Counted from the first letter of the stretch, positions 14,379 through 23,865 are shown. The stretch: 24,000 nt of DNA from a bacterium (GCA_030018905.1 JASEHJ010000019.1:1-24000), one strand, 5' to 3'. Translations and numbers: made by a program. Notes: generated by a model from the sequence alone, not told the origin.

Positions 14379-15593
14379 ATGCAGGTGGACAAGGCAGTGA
14401 CCTCGATAGATGGAACCGTGACCAATCCCCGCGGGTTTCGCGCGGCAGGGATCCACTGTGGTCTCAAGCCCAGCCAGCCCGACCTGGCGCTGGTGGTTTC
14501 GGATCTGCCCGCGACCGCGGCCGGGACGTTCACCACGAACAAGATGCGGTCGGCGCCGGTCATCCTGAGCGAGTCGAGGCTCGCGTCAGGCCGCGCGCAG
14601 GCGGTGCTGGTGAACAGTGGCAACTCCAATGCCTGCACCGGCGCCCGGGGTGATGTTGATGCACGGGCTATGACCGCGGCCGCGGCCGCGGCGCTGGGCG
14701 TCCCCGAGGATTCGGTGGTGGTGGCCAGCACCGGGGTTATCGGGCGTCCGCTTCCGGTCGAGCGCATCACCACGGGTATGCCGGCGCTGGTGGCGGCGTT
14801 GGGCTCAGACGGCATGGCCGCGGCCCGTGCGATCATGACCACCGACGCGTTCCCCAAGACCGCGGCCGCTCAGGTTGACCTTGGTGACGGCGTGGTGACG
14901 ATCGGCGGCATCGCGAAGGGCGCGGGAATGATCCATCCCAACATGGCCACCATGATCGCCATCATGACCACCGACGCCCCGGTTGAGGCGGCCGCCCTGC
15001 GGGCTGCTCTACGGAACGCCGTGGGCCGCTCCTTCAACTGCATTAGCGTGGACGGCGACACCAGCACCAGCGACAGCGTCTTCCTGCTTGCCAACGGCGC
15101 TGCCGGCGTGGCTCCGCTGGATGAGGGCGGAGTGCGCTACGAGGCGTTCCTGGCCGGTCTCACCGAGGTGGCCGGCCGGCTCGCGCGGTTGATCGTCCAA
15201 GACGGCGAGGGGGCGACGAGGGTAGTGGAGGTGACGGTGCGGGGCGCGACGTCCGACGCCGACGCCCGCCTCGCGGCCGGCGCCGTGATGACCTCACCAT
15301 TGGTCAAGACCGCGTTCCACGGCGCGGAGCTCAACTGGGGCCGCATCTCCGCGGCGTTGGGCCGGAGCGGCGCTGAGGTCGCGCCCGAACGGTTGGCCAT
15401 CGCCATGGGCGATGTTTGGGTAGTGCGCGGGGGCGTGGGGGTTCCCGAGGTCTACCCTGCGGCCGAGGCCAAGGTGCGGGCGCCTGAGGTCCGCCTGACG
15501 ATTGATCTCGGTTTGGGGCAAGGCACCTTCACGGGTTGGACCTGCGATCTATCGGAGTCCTACGTGAAGATCAACAGCGGTTACCTGTCGTGA
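14379..15593 (+). CDS. argJ: Bifunctional ornithine acetyltransferase / N-acetylglutamate synthase ArgJ
   Basis: The protein contains GFRAAGIHCGLK and KGAGMIHPNMATMIAIMTTDA. The second motif includes the autoproteolytic A-T site of the ATM(L/I) motif. ATG 14379 lies 10 nt after AGGAG; GTG 14370 is an alternative. Confidence 0.93.
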   Translation: MQVDKAVTSIDGTVTNPRGFRAAGIHCGLKPSQPDLALVVSDLPATAAGTFTTNKMRSAPVILSESRLASGRAQAVLVNSGNSNACTGARGDVDARAMTAAAAAALGVPEDSVVVASTGVIGRPLPVERITTGMPALVAALGSDGMAAARAIMTTDAFPKTAAAQVDLGDGVVTIGGIAKGAGMIHPNMATMIAIMTTDAPVEAAALRAALRNAVGRSFNCISVDGDTSTSDSVFLLANGAAGVAPLDEGGVRYEAFLAGLTEVAGRLARLIVQDGEGATRVVEVTVRGATSDADARLAAGAVMTSPLVKTAFHGAELNWGRISAALGRSGAEVAPERLAIAMGDVWVVRGGVGVPEVYPAAEAKVRAPEVRLTIDLGLGQGTFTGWTCDLSESYVKINSGYLS

Positions 15594-15616
15594 TCCACAA
15601 GGAGGGGAAGTAGCCG

Positions 15617-16486
15617 ATGCCAGTTGCTGACCCGGTAGCAGAAGGAAACATGCTCGCGTCAGGGCTACACTACGCCGCAGCCTGGCGCGGCAGGACCGTG
15701 GTCGTGAAGTACGGGGGCAGCGTGCTCGACGCCGGCGATGCCGGCACCGTCATCGAGGACCTGGTGCTCCTCAAGGGCGCCGGCGTCAACCCGGTGCTCG
15801 TGCACGGTGGCGGGCCTGAGATCACACGAATGCTGGACCGGCTTGGGAAGGAAACGCTGTTCGTTCAGGGGCTGCGCGTCACCGACGCCGAAACCATGGA
15901 GATCGTCGAGATGGTTCTGGCTGGACGCGCCAACAAGGCGCTGGTAACGATGATCTCTATGGCCGGCGGCAGCGCGGTTGGACTGTCCGGCAAGGACGCC
16001 GGACTACTGCAGGCGAGCCGGCTTCAGGCGCCGGAGGGCCTCGGTTTCGTTGGCGAGGTGGTCGGGGTTCGCGGGGCGATCATCCAGACGATCAGCGACG
16101 CCGGGCACATCCCGGTGGTCGCTTCGGTCGGGATCGGCGAGGGCGGGGAGAGCCTCAACCTGAACGCGGACCACGCGGCCGGCGCGCTGGCAGCGGCACT
16201 GGGCGCGAGCAAGCTGGTTATTCTGACCGATGTGCCCGGGGTGATGCGCACCGGTCCTGGCGAGCCAGAGATGCTCTCCACCCTGTCGGTGGGCGAGGTC
16301 CGGCAGTTGATGGCCGACGGCATTGTCTCGCGCGGCATGATCCCGAAGGTGGAGGCCTGCCTGAACGCCTTGGCTGGTGGGGTGCCCAGCGCCCACATCA
16401 TCGGTACCAGCACACCGCATGCGCTATTGATAGAGCTGTTCACTGAAGCCGGGATCGGCACGATGATTACGACGCAGGCAGGGTGA
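15617..16486 (+). CDS. argB: Acetylglutamate kinase
   Basis: The protein has the amino-acid kinase fold motifs VVVKYGGS, VLVHGGGPEI and LNLNADHAAGALA. The strong SD GGAGGGG lies upstream. ATG 15650 is an alternative start. Confidence 0.93.
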   Translation: MPVADPVAEGNMLASGLHYAAAWRGRTVVVKYGGSVLDAGDAGTVIEDLVLLKGAGVNPVLVHGGGPEITRMLDRLGKETLFVQGLRVTDAETMEIVEMVLAGRANKALVTMISMAGGSAVGLSGKDAGLLQASRLQAPEGLGFVGEVVGVRGAIIQTISDAGHIPVVASVGIGEGGESLNLNADHAAGALAAALGASKLVILTDVPGVMRTGPGEPEMLSTLSVGEVRQLMADGIVSRGMIPKVEACLNALAGGVPSAHIIGTSTPHALLIELFTEAGIGTMITTQAG

Positions 16487-16489
16487 GGG

Positions 16490-17704
16490 ATGACCACGGA
16501 ACAGGCGATCGCCTTGACGCAGCAGTACCTCATGTCGACCTACCGACGCGCCCCCGTGGCCTTCTCCCACGGCGAGGGCGTCTGGTTAGTGGACCTCGAG
16601 GGCAAGCGCTATCTGGATTTCGTTGGCGGGATCGCGGTCAGCGCGTTGGGTCACGCTCACCCGGTCCTGGTGGCAGCGATTCAGGCCCAGGCCGCGAGGC
16701 TGCTGCACGTGTCAAACCTCTACCACATTGCAGAGCAGGCGTATCTGGCGCAGTGGCTCGTGGAGCACTCGGCCTGCGATCGAGCCTTCTTCTGCAACAG
16801 CGGGGCCGAGGCCAACGAGGCGGCGATCAAGCTGTCGCGGAAGTGGGGAAAGCGCAATGGCGCGAACCGCTATGAGATAATTGTCGCCCACCAGTCCTTC
16901 CACGGGCGCACCATGGCCACACTGGCGGCCACTATGCAGCCGAAGTACCAGGAAGCCTTCTCCCCTCTCCCGCCGGGATTTGTGCCCGTACCGTTCAACG
17001 ACCTGGAGGCCACCCGGGCGGCGGTTACCGAACGCACGTGCGCGGTACTGCTCGAGCCGATCCAGGGCGAGAGCGGGATCCAGCCCGCAACCCTCGAGTA
17101 CCTCACCGGCGTGCGCGGCCTGTGCGACGAGCGCGGGCTGCTGCTCATGCTCGACGAGGTACAGACCGGGATAGGCCGTACGGGAACCCTCTTCGCCTAT
17201 GAACAGTACGGCATCGTTCCCGACGTCCTCACCCTGGCCAAAGGACTGGGAGGCGGGTTTCCTATCGGGGCGATGCTGGCCAGGGAGTCCGCATGCGGGT
17301 TCTCCCCGGGCGATCACGGCAGCACATTCGGCGGAAACCCGCTCGCCTGCGCCGCTGCCCTGGCGGTCCTCAGGGTCGTTGAGGGTGAGCGTCTGGCAGA
17401 GCGCGCCGTCGCTATGGGCTCGGTTCTCGCGGCAGGGCTTCGGGTACTGGTGGATGGAGGTCTGGCAAAGGCGGCGCGCGGACGGGGGCTCCTGCTGGCG
17501 CTGGAGCTGAACGGCGAAGCCGCACCTGTGGTGGACGCGTGCCGGCGGGAGGGGTTGCTTGTAAACGCGGTGGCGCCCACGGCGCTGCGGTTTGCGCCGC
17601 CGCTTGTGGTGCAACGATCCGAGATAGAGCAGGCACTGGAGATCCTGGGCCGCGTACTGGAGGCGCCCCAGGCGCCTGCCGGTACGGGTGCGCCGGTTCA
17701 ATAA
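16490..17704 (+). CDS. argD: Acetylornithine aminotransferase (class III PLP aminotransferase)
   Basis: The protein contains FFCNSGAEANEAAIK, LDEVQTGIGRTG and LTLAKGLGGGFPIGA (PLP lysine). It sits between argB and argG. Confidence 0.9.
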   Translation: MTTEQAIALTQQYLMSTYRRAPVAFSHGEGVWLVDLEGKRYLDFVGGIAVSALGHAHPVLVAAIQAQAARLLHVSNLYHIAEQAYLAQWLVEHSACDRAFFCNSGAEANEAAIKLSRKWGKRNGANRYEIIVAHQSFHGRTMATLAATMQPKYQEAFSPLPPGFVPVPFNDLEATRAAVTERTCAVLLEPIQGESGIQPATLEYLTGVRGLCDERGLLLMLDEVQTGIGRTGTLFAYEQYGIVPDVLTLAKGLGGGFPIGAMLARESACGFSPGDHGSTFGGNPLACAAALAVLRVVEGERLAERAVAMGSVLAAGLRVLVDGGLAKAARGRGLLLALELNGEAAPVVDACRREGLLVNAVAPTALRFAPPLVVQRSEIEQALEILGRVLEAPQAPAGTGAPVQ

Positions 17705-17743
17705 CGCCTGCGCGCGGTACAGCTCCAGGGAAGGGGCGCTGTA

Positions 17744-18973
17744 ATGGAGATCAGAAAGGTGGCGCTGTCGTATTCAGGAGGACTGGACACCTCTATTGCC
17801 ATCCCCTGGCTGCGGGAGACGTACGGGTGCGAGGTCATAGCGGTAATCGCGGATGTTGGTCAGGGCGAGGATCTCGACGCGGTCCGCGCCAAGGCGCTCG
17901 CCAGCGGCGCGTCGTCCGCGCACGTGGTGGATGTGCGGCGGGCCTTCGTAGCCGACCACATCGTGCCCATGGTCCAGGCGGGTGCGGTCTACGAGGGTCG
18001 GTACCTTCTGGGCACAGCGCTGGCGCGGCCGCTGATTGCGAGGGCGCAGGTAGAGGTCGCGCTTGCCGAAGGCGCCGACGCCCTGGCCCACGGTTGCACG
18101 GGCAAGGGTAACGACCAGGTTCGTTTTGAGCTGGCCTATCAGGCGCTCGCCCCGCACCTGCGCGTGATAGCGCCCTGGCGGGAGTGGCAGATCCGGTCGC
18201 GCGACCAGGCGATAGACTACGCCGCAGCCCACGGCGTGCCGGTGTCGACAACTCTGGCCAAGCCCTACAGCGTGGACCGCAATCTCTGGCACTGCAGCAG
18301 CGAGGGAGGAATACTGGAGGATATCTGGGCCGAACCGCCTCACGACCTCTACCAGTACACCGCCGATCCACGCACCGCACCCGACGCGCCCAACTACGTG
18401 GAGATCGAGTTCGAGGCCGGTAGGCCAGTCGGCCTGGACGGCACGCGGCTTGATCCCCTGACCCTCATCGAGCGCCTGAACGCGCTGGCCGGCCGGCACG
18501 GTATCGGCCGCGTGGACATCGTGGAGAATCGGCTGGTGGGCATGAAGGTCCGCTGCGTCTATGAAACGCCTGGAGGCACGGTGCTCGTGGCCGCCCACCA
18601 CGACCTCGAGGCGATCACCGTGGAGCGCGACTGCGCCCACCACAAGATCCAGATCGCCCAGCGGTATGCCGAGCTGATCTACTACGGTCAGTGGTTCTCT
18701 CCGCTGCGGCAGGCCTTCGATGCTTTCGTCGCCTCAACACAGCGGACCGTCACTGGGACCGTACGCCTGCGCCTGTTCAAGGGTAGCGTCTTGCCCGTGG
18801 GCCGGAAGTCCCCGCACTCACTCTACGACGTCGAACTGGCGACTTTCGGCGAGGACAGAGTCTACGATCAGCGGTTGGCCGGAGGCTTCATCACGCTGTG
18901 GGGGTTGCCGATCAGGGTCTTCGCCCAGGCCAACCCACAACTCGTGCGGGGTCACCGTGAGCGGACCGACTGA
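17744..18973 (+). CDS. argG: Argininosuccinate synthase
   Basis: The N-terminus VALSYSGGLDTS is the ATP pyrophosphatase P-loop. HGCTGKGNDQVRFE and the ENRLVGMK motif are also present. Confidence 0.96.
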   Translation: MEIRKVALSYSGGLDTSIAIPWLRETYGCEVIAVIADVGQGEDLDAVRAKALASGASSAHVVDVRRAFVADHIVPMVQAGAVYEGRYLLGTALARPLIARAQVEVALAEGADALAHGCTGKGNDQVRFELAYQALAPHLRVIAPWREWQIRSRDQAIDYAAAHGVPVSTTLAKPYSVDRNLWHCSSEGGILEDIWAEPPHDLYQYTADPRTAPDAPNYVEIEFEAGRPVGLDGTRLDPLTLIERLNALAGRHGIGRVDIVENRLVGMKVRCVYETPGGTVLVAAHHDLEAITVERDCAHHKIQIAQRYAELIYYGQWFSPLRQAFDAFVASTQRTVTGTVRLRLFKGSVLPVGRKSPHSLYDVELATFGEDRVYDQRLAGGFITLWGLPIRVFAQANPQLVRGHRERTD

Positions 18974-18992
18974 GCCCGACACTCCCTACCTG

Positions 18993-20435
18993 ATGTGGGG
19001 AGGGCGGTTCATGGAGCCCCCGGACCCCCGCATCGGTACGCTCCTCACCTCGCTTCCGGTGGACCGGCACCTGCTCAGGTGGGATCTGCTGGCCAGCCTA
19101 GCGCACCTGACCTCCCTGGCCGAGGCAGGCGTGGTACCCGCGCCGGCAGCGGCGGACCTGGCGCAGGCGCTCCGCCGGATGCTGGGGGAGGCCGAAGCCG
19201 GCACGCTTGTCCCCGGGGACGGGTTCGAGGACGTGCACTCCTTCATCGAGGCCACCCTGACAGCCAGTCTTGGCCCGGCAGCCGGCTGGCTGCCCACCGG
19301 CCGCAGCCGGAACGACCAGGTTGTAACCGCGATGCGCCTCGATCTCAAGGATCGAATCACCTGCCTGGTCGAGGCGGTGATCACGCTTCAGGAAGCACTC
19401 CTGGAGCGCGTCCGCGAGGCAGTAGACGTGCTGGTTCCGGGCTACACGCACCTCCAGCGCGCCCAGCCCGTGGTGCTGGCCCACCACTTCCTGGCCTACT
19501 TCTGGATGTTGGGCCGGGACACCGGGCGCCTGCGCGACGCCTACCTGCGCCTGGACGCCTCGCCGCTAGGGTCCGGGGCGATCGCCGGCACAGGTTACCC
19601 AGTGGACCGGGCGCGACAGGCCGATCTCATGGGGTTTGCGGGAATCAGCGAGAACAGCGTTGATGCCACCGGCGACCGGGACTTCGTGTTCGAAACGGTG
19701 GCGGCGGTGACTGGGCTGCTCGTCCACCTCTCGCGCTGGGCCGAGGAGCTGGTGCTGTGGGCCACCCGAGAGTTTGGGTTCATCGGCCTGCCCGATGCCC
19801 TCGCCACCGGCAGCAGCCTCATGCCCCAGAAGAAGAACCCCGATCTCCTAGAGCTCGTACGGGCCCAGGCCGGGGTTGTACTGGGCTCGTTGGTAACGCT
19901 GGCGGTGGTGCAGAAGGGTGTGGCGTTTGGCTACAGCCGTGACCTTCAGGAGGACAAGGCGCCCGTGCTCGCCGCTTTCCGCTCGGCCGGAATGGCGGTC
20001 GCCGCGATGACCCTGGTGGTGGAACGGATGGTTATCCAGCCGGGCCGGATGAGGGAGGCCCTACGAGGCGGGCACCTCACCGCCACCGATGTCGCGGACT
20101 ACCTGGTGCGACGCCAGGTCCCATTCCGCGAGGCGCATCGCCTTGCCGGCCAGGTGGTGCTCGCGGCCGAGGTCGCCGGATGCGAGCTGTGGGAGTTGCC
20201 GCTGGAAGACTACAGCAGGATCTCCCCGGAGTTTGAGATCGGCGTGCTGGACGCGGTTACCCCAGAGGGCGCCGTTGCCTCCAAGGACGTGCCCGGGGGT
20301 ACTGCGCCCGCAAGGGTCTCCCAGGCGATGGAATCGGCCCGCGCCGCGCTGGGCGTGCAGCGTTCCTGGCTCATCCAGGTTCGAGTTGATCAACAGGCAG
20401 CCGTCGCCCGTCTGTTGGGCGCCGCCCCGGAATAG
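18993..20435 (+). CDS. argH: Argininosuccinate lyase
   Basis: The protein starts MWGGRF... and contains TGRSRNDQV and the fumarate-lyase signature GSSLMPQKKNPD. GTG 18957 is an alternative start; it would overlap argG by 17 nt. The track start at 18720 lies inside argG. Confidence 0.95.
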   Translation: MWGGRFMEPPDPRIGTLLTSLPVDRHLLRWDLLASLAHLTSLAEAGVVPAPAAADLAQALRRMLGEAEAGTLVPGDGFEDVHSFIEATLTASLGPAAGWLPTGRSRNDQVVTAMRLDLKDRITCLVEAVITLQEALLERVREAVDVLVPGYTHLQRAQPVVLAHHFLAYFWMLGRDTGRLRDAYLRLDASPLGSGAIAGTGYPVDRARQADLMGFAGISENSVDATGDRDFVFETVAAVTGLLVHLSRWAEELVLWATREFGFIGLPDALATGSSLMPQKKNPDLLELVRAQAGVVLGSLVTLAVVQKGVAFGYSRDLQEDKAPVLAAFRSAGMAVAAMTLVVERMVIQPGRMREALRGGHLTATDVADYLVRRQVPFREAHRLAGQVVLAAEVAGCELWELPLEDYSRISPEFEIGVLDAVTPEGAVASKDVPGGTAPARVSQAMESARAALGVQRSWLIQVRVDQQAAVARLLGAAPE

Positions 20436-20446
20436 GAGGCCTATCT

Positions 20447-20899
20447 GTGCGAAAGAGGGACCGCCTCCTGCTTGAGATCGTTGCCCGCCACCCAATAGGG
20501 ACCCAGTCGGGGTTGGTGACGGCGCTGCGTCGTGCCGGCGTCAGGATAACGCAGGCCACCGTTTCACGGGACATCAGGCGCCTCGGTCTGATCAAGGTTC
20601 CGACGGGCGTCGGTAGCTACCGGTACCAGGCTCCTGCGCCGGCACGCCCACCGGCCGGTGAGGCCGAGGCCAGGCTGCGCCGCGCCTTCGCCGACTACCT
20701 GGTGAACGTGGAGGAGGGCAGCGGCCTTGTGCTGGTCAAGACCACCTTCGGCAGCGCCGGCGCCGTGGCAGAGTCCATTGATGTGGCTGCCTGGCCCGAG
20801 GTCGCCGGAACCGTGGCCGGCGACAATACCATCCTGGTAGTACCGCGCCGCCCTGGTCAGCGCGCCGCCCTCCTGCGCCGGCTCCGCGCGCTCACCTGA
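20447..20899 (+). CDS. argR: Arginine repressor ArgR/AhrC
   Basis: The N-terminal winged helix reads ..LVTALRRAGVRITQATVSRDIRRLGLIKV. The C-terminal oligomerisation and arginine-binding motif is GTVAGDNTILVV (GT.AGDDT type). GTG 20447 lies 7 nt after TAGGAGG. Confidence 0.9.
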   Translation: MRKRDRLLLEIVARHPIGTQSGLVTALRRAGVRITQATVSRDIRRLGLIKVPTGVGSYRYQAPAPARPPAGEAEARLRRAFADYLVNVEEGSGLVLVKTTFGSAGAVAESIDVAAWPEVAGTVAGDNTILVVPRRPGQRAALLRRLRALT

Positions 20900-20962
20900 G
20901 GCGGTTCCCTCGGGAGGAGGGCCCCTGTCGGCCGCCGAAGGTGGTCGCAACAGGAGGCCCTA

Positions 20963-21964
20963 TTGGCGCAGCCTGGTACAAGCGAAGTCACAGTTCCCCT
21001 TCCCCCCGGCACCGACATCGTGGCCGTGCTCGGGCAGCAAGACGCGCTCCTCCGGGTCATCGAGGAGGAGACTGGAGCGTCGGTTGCGGTTCGCGGCGAC
21101 GCGCTGGTAGTTCGCGGTTCGCCTGTCCAGGCGGATTCGGCCGTCAGGCTACTCGGGCAGTTGATCGCTACCGCCAGGTCCGGGCAGGTGGTGGTCCCTT
21201 CTGATGTACGCCGCATCCTGCGCCGGGGTCAGGCCCTAGGTGCGGCCGGGGAGGTAACGCTGGGGGGCGAGACCCTCGTCGTCACCGCCGGCGGCAAGCC
21301 GGTCGTCCCGCGCACGAGTGGGCAGCGGGCATACATTGATGCTATGAAGTCCCATGACCTCACATTTGCGGTCGGCCCTGCAGGGACCGGCAAGACCTAC
21401 CTGGCGGTGGCAATGGCGGCGGTTGCCCTGCGCGCGCGCAGCGTGCAGCGGATCGTGCTGACACGGCCGGCGGTCGAGGCCGGGGAGAAGCTCGGGTTCC
21501 TGCCCGGAGACATTGCGGCCAAGGTGGATCCCTACCTGCGCCCGCTCTATGACGCCCTCTACGAGATGGTCGGGCCCGAACGGTTCGGCCGGCTCAGCGA
21601 GCGCGGGGTGATCGAGGTGGCGCCCCTGGCGTTCATGCGCGGCCGGACCCTCAATGACGCTTTCATCATCCTGGACGAAGCGCAGAACACCACCCGCGAA
21701 CAGATGAAGATGTTCCTAACGCGGTTGGGGTTCGGATCCAAAGCGGTCGTCACCGGAGACATCACGCAGATTGACCTCCCGCGCGACCGGGCTTCGGGTA
21801 TGGTTGAGGCCCGCGAGATCTTTAGGGGGCTGGCGGGGATCGCTTTCGTAGAGCTTACCGAGGGCGATGTCGTGCGGCACGAGCTTGTGCAGACGATCGT
21901 GCGGGCCTACGAGCGGTTCGAGGCCACCCGGGGCGAGGGCCCACCCGGGGCGCCGCCGTCATGA
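20963..21964 (+). CDS. phoH: PhoH-like ATPase (PhoH/YbeZ family)
   Basis: The protein has Walker A GPAGTGKTYLAVA, then RPAVEAGEKLGFLPGD and Walker B FIILDEAQN. TTG 20963 lies 5 nt after AGGAGG. Confidence 0.9.
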   Translation: MAQPGTSEVTVPLPPGTDIVAVLGQQDALLRVIEEETGASVAVRGDALVVRGSPVQADSAVRLLGQLIATARSGQVVVPSDVRRILRRGQALGAAGEVTLGGETLVVTAGGKPVVPRTSGQRAYIDAMKSHDLTFAVGPAGTGKTYLAVAMAAVALRARSVQRIVLTRPAVEAGEKLGFLPGDIAAKVDPYLRPLYDALYEMVGPERFGRLSERGVIEVAPLAFMRGRTLNDAFIILDEAQNTTREQMKMFLTRLGFGSKAVVTGDITQIDLPRDRASGMVEAREIFRGLAGIAFVELTEGDVVRHELVQTIVRAYERFEATRGEGPPGAPPS

Positions 21965-23385
21965 GGGTCTCCTCGCTGATCCGCCCCATGTGGATGAGGC
22001 GGGTTCTGATAGGTCTGGCGACCCTATCCTGCCTTGTCTTGATCATCGCTCTGGACTACCTCCCTGCGGGGATAGCCTGGGCCGGGGTCGCCGGCGCGGC
22101 CTTAGTTGTGGGGCTGGTGCTGGGCGTGACCGGGATCTACCTGTGGCAGCACCAGCGCGAGATCTGGGAAACCGACCGGCTCCTGGTCCTCTGGAGCCTG
22201 GTAGCCGTCGGCACGCTTGGCCTCGCGCAGGTCTTCGGCGCGCCGCGCTTTAGCAGCTACCTGGCTCCCGCGCCGGCAGGGGCGATGCTGCTCTCGATCC
22301 TGATGCGCCCCAGGCCGGCCCTGTACTCGTCTGCCGCCTTCGCCATTCTGGTTGGCCTTGCCGCCGAACAGCAGTTCCCGACGGTTGTGGTTGTGTTCAT
22401 CGGCGGCATGGTCGGCGTATTTGCCTGCCGCCAGGTCAACCACCGGTCTGACTTTGGCGCCGCCGGGCTGCTCGTGGGTGCGGCCAGCGCGATCGCCGCG
22501 CTGGCAACAGGGCTGCTGGAGGGCCTGCCCATCTACCCGGCCATCGCGACCAACGCCGCCTACGCCCTTGGCAGCGGCCTGCTCGCGGCGGTCGTCACCA
22601 TTGGGGTCCTTCCCTTCTTGGAGCAGTTCTTCGGATTGATCACCCCGATCAAGCTCCTGGAGCTAGCCAGCCCGGCGCACCCCCTGCTCCGGCGTCTGCA
22701 ACTGGAGGCACCCGGGACATACCACCACAGCCTCATGGTGGCCAACATGGCCGAGGCTGCGGCCGAGTCCGTGGGTGCAGACGCGCTGCTGGCTCGTGTG
22801 GGTACCTACTACCACGACATCGGCAAGCTTCGACGGCCGGCGTTCTTCGTCGAGAACCAGGGCGGCATGGATAACCCCCACGACAAGATGACGCCGAGCC
22901 TCTCGGCGCTCACCGTTAGCGCCCACGTCCGGGACGGGGTGGACCTCGCGCGCGAGTACGGTCTTCCCCAGCCGGTGGCCGACTTCATCCCCCAACACCA
23001 CGGCACCGCGCTGCTGACATACTTCTACCACCAAGCCCTGGAACGCGGAGACCCCCTGGATGAGTTCGCGTTTCGATACGAGGGTCCCAAGCCCCAGACT
23101 CCGGAGGCGGCCGTCGTGATGCTGGCCGACGCGGCAGAGGCCGCGATTCGATCTCTCAACCGGCCCACCCCGGACCGGCTGGAGGACGTGGTGCGGAGGA
23201 TCATCCGAGACAAGCTCGAGGACGGCCAACTCGACGAGTGCGGCCTGACCTTTCGGGACCTAGGCAGAATCGCCGCTGCGTTCGCGCGGATCCTGGCCGG
23301 GGTGCTGCACCCGCGCCTGGAGTACCCTGATCTCGAGGGGGAACTGGCGCGCCGCCGCCGCGACCGCCCGGCCAAGGCGCGCTGA
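21961..23385 (+). CDS. pgpH: 7TM-HD membrane phosphohydrolase (YqfF/PgpH family, putative c-di-AMP phosphodiesterase); short form
   Basis: The N-terminal approx. 230 aa form multiple hydrophobic helices. They are followed by an HD domain (HHSLMVANMAEAAAESVGADALLARVGTYYHDIGK...PQHHGT). The ATGA overlap with the phoH stop and the phoH-yqfF-ybeY-dgkA context match Bacillus. Confidence 0.8.
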   Translation: MRVSSLIRPMWMRRVLIGLATLSCLVLIIALDYLPAGIAWAGVAGAALVVGLVLGVTGIYLWQHQREIWETDRLLVLWSLVAVGTLGLAQVFGAPRFSSYLAPAPAGAMLLSILMRPRPALYSSAAFAILVGLAAEQQFPTVVVVFIGGMVGVFACRQVNHRSDFGAAGLLVGAASAIAALATGLLEGLPIYPAIATNAAYALGSGLLAAVVTIGVLPFLEQFFGLITPIKLLELASPAHPLLRRLQLEAPGTYHHSLMVANMAEAAAESVGADALLARVGTYYHDIGKLRRPAFFVENQGGMDNPHDKMTPSLSALTVSAHVRDGVDLAREYGLPQPVADFIPQHHGTALLTYFYHQALERGDPLDEFAFRYEGPKPQTPEAAVVMLADAAEAAIRSLNRPTPDRLEDVVRRIIRDKLEDGQLDECGLTFRDLGRIAAAFARILAGVLHPRLEYPDLEGELARRRRDRPAKAR

Positions 23386-23394
23386 GGTAGCTTG

Positions 23395-23865
23395 ATGCGC
23401 GTCCACATCGTGGCATCGGGCGTCCGGCACTCAATCCCCCTGAGTCTGCTTCGGGAGGCGGCTCTGACGGCGATGAGGGCCACCCGGTGCCCCCGCAGGG
23501 CCGAGATTGAGGTGGCCCTCGTGGATGACGCCATGATCAGCCGGCTCAACCGCCGGTTCCTGGGTCACCGGGGGCCCACCGATGTGCTCGCCTTCCCGGG
23601 TGAGCCGGCTTCCTCGGCAGCGCGGACTTCTCCAGGAGGGCCGGCCTCACGCGGCCCCGTGCTGGGTGAGATTGTGATCTCGGTGGAACGGGCCCGCGCC
23701 CAGGCGCGCGACGCTGGCTGGCCGGTCCGCCGCGAGGTGGTGCTGCTGCTGGTGCACGGTCTCCTCCACCTGCGCGGCCACGACGACCACGCGCCGCGGG
23801 ACGCAGGGCTGATGCGGGCGCGCGAGCGACAGATCCTGGAGCGGATCTTCGGATCAGGAGGGTAG
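23395..23865 (+). CDS. ybeY: rRNA maturation endoribonuclease YbeY
   Basis: The protein contains PTDVLAFP, GEIVIS and the zinc motif HGLLHLRGHDD (H...H.....H). The start is ATG 23395; TTG 23392 is adjacent. Confidence 0.9.
   Translation: MRVHIVASGVRHSIPLSLLREAALTAMRATRCPRRAEIEVALVDDAMISRLNRRFLGHRGPTDVLAFPGEPASSAARTSPGGPASRGPVLGEIVISVERARAQARDAGWPVRREVVLLLVHGLLHLRGHDDHAPRDAGLMRARERQILERIFGSGG

Noticed and set aside
1499-18992. N-terminally extended versions of several genes as listed in the ORF track, with starts at 1499, 1998, 9401, 11526, 12335, 13131 and 18720.
   Set aside because: The extensions overlap upstream genes or regulatory elements (the terminator, CIRCE), are Arg/Gly-rich, and lack SDs. 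Internal starts give N-termini that match the families and have SDs at proper spacing.
20900-20962. A terminator hairpin after argR, suggested by GC-rich self-complementary bits around GGGAGGAGGGCCCCT.
   Set aside because: The candidate stems leave loops of only 2 nt or need long unpaired loops, and no U-tract follows. This does not support a feature call.
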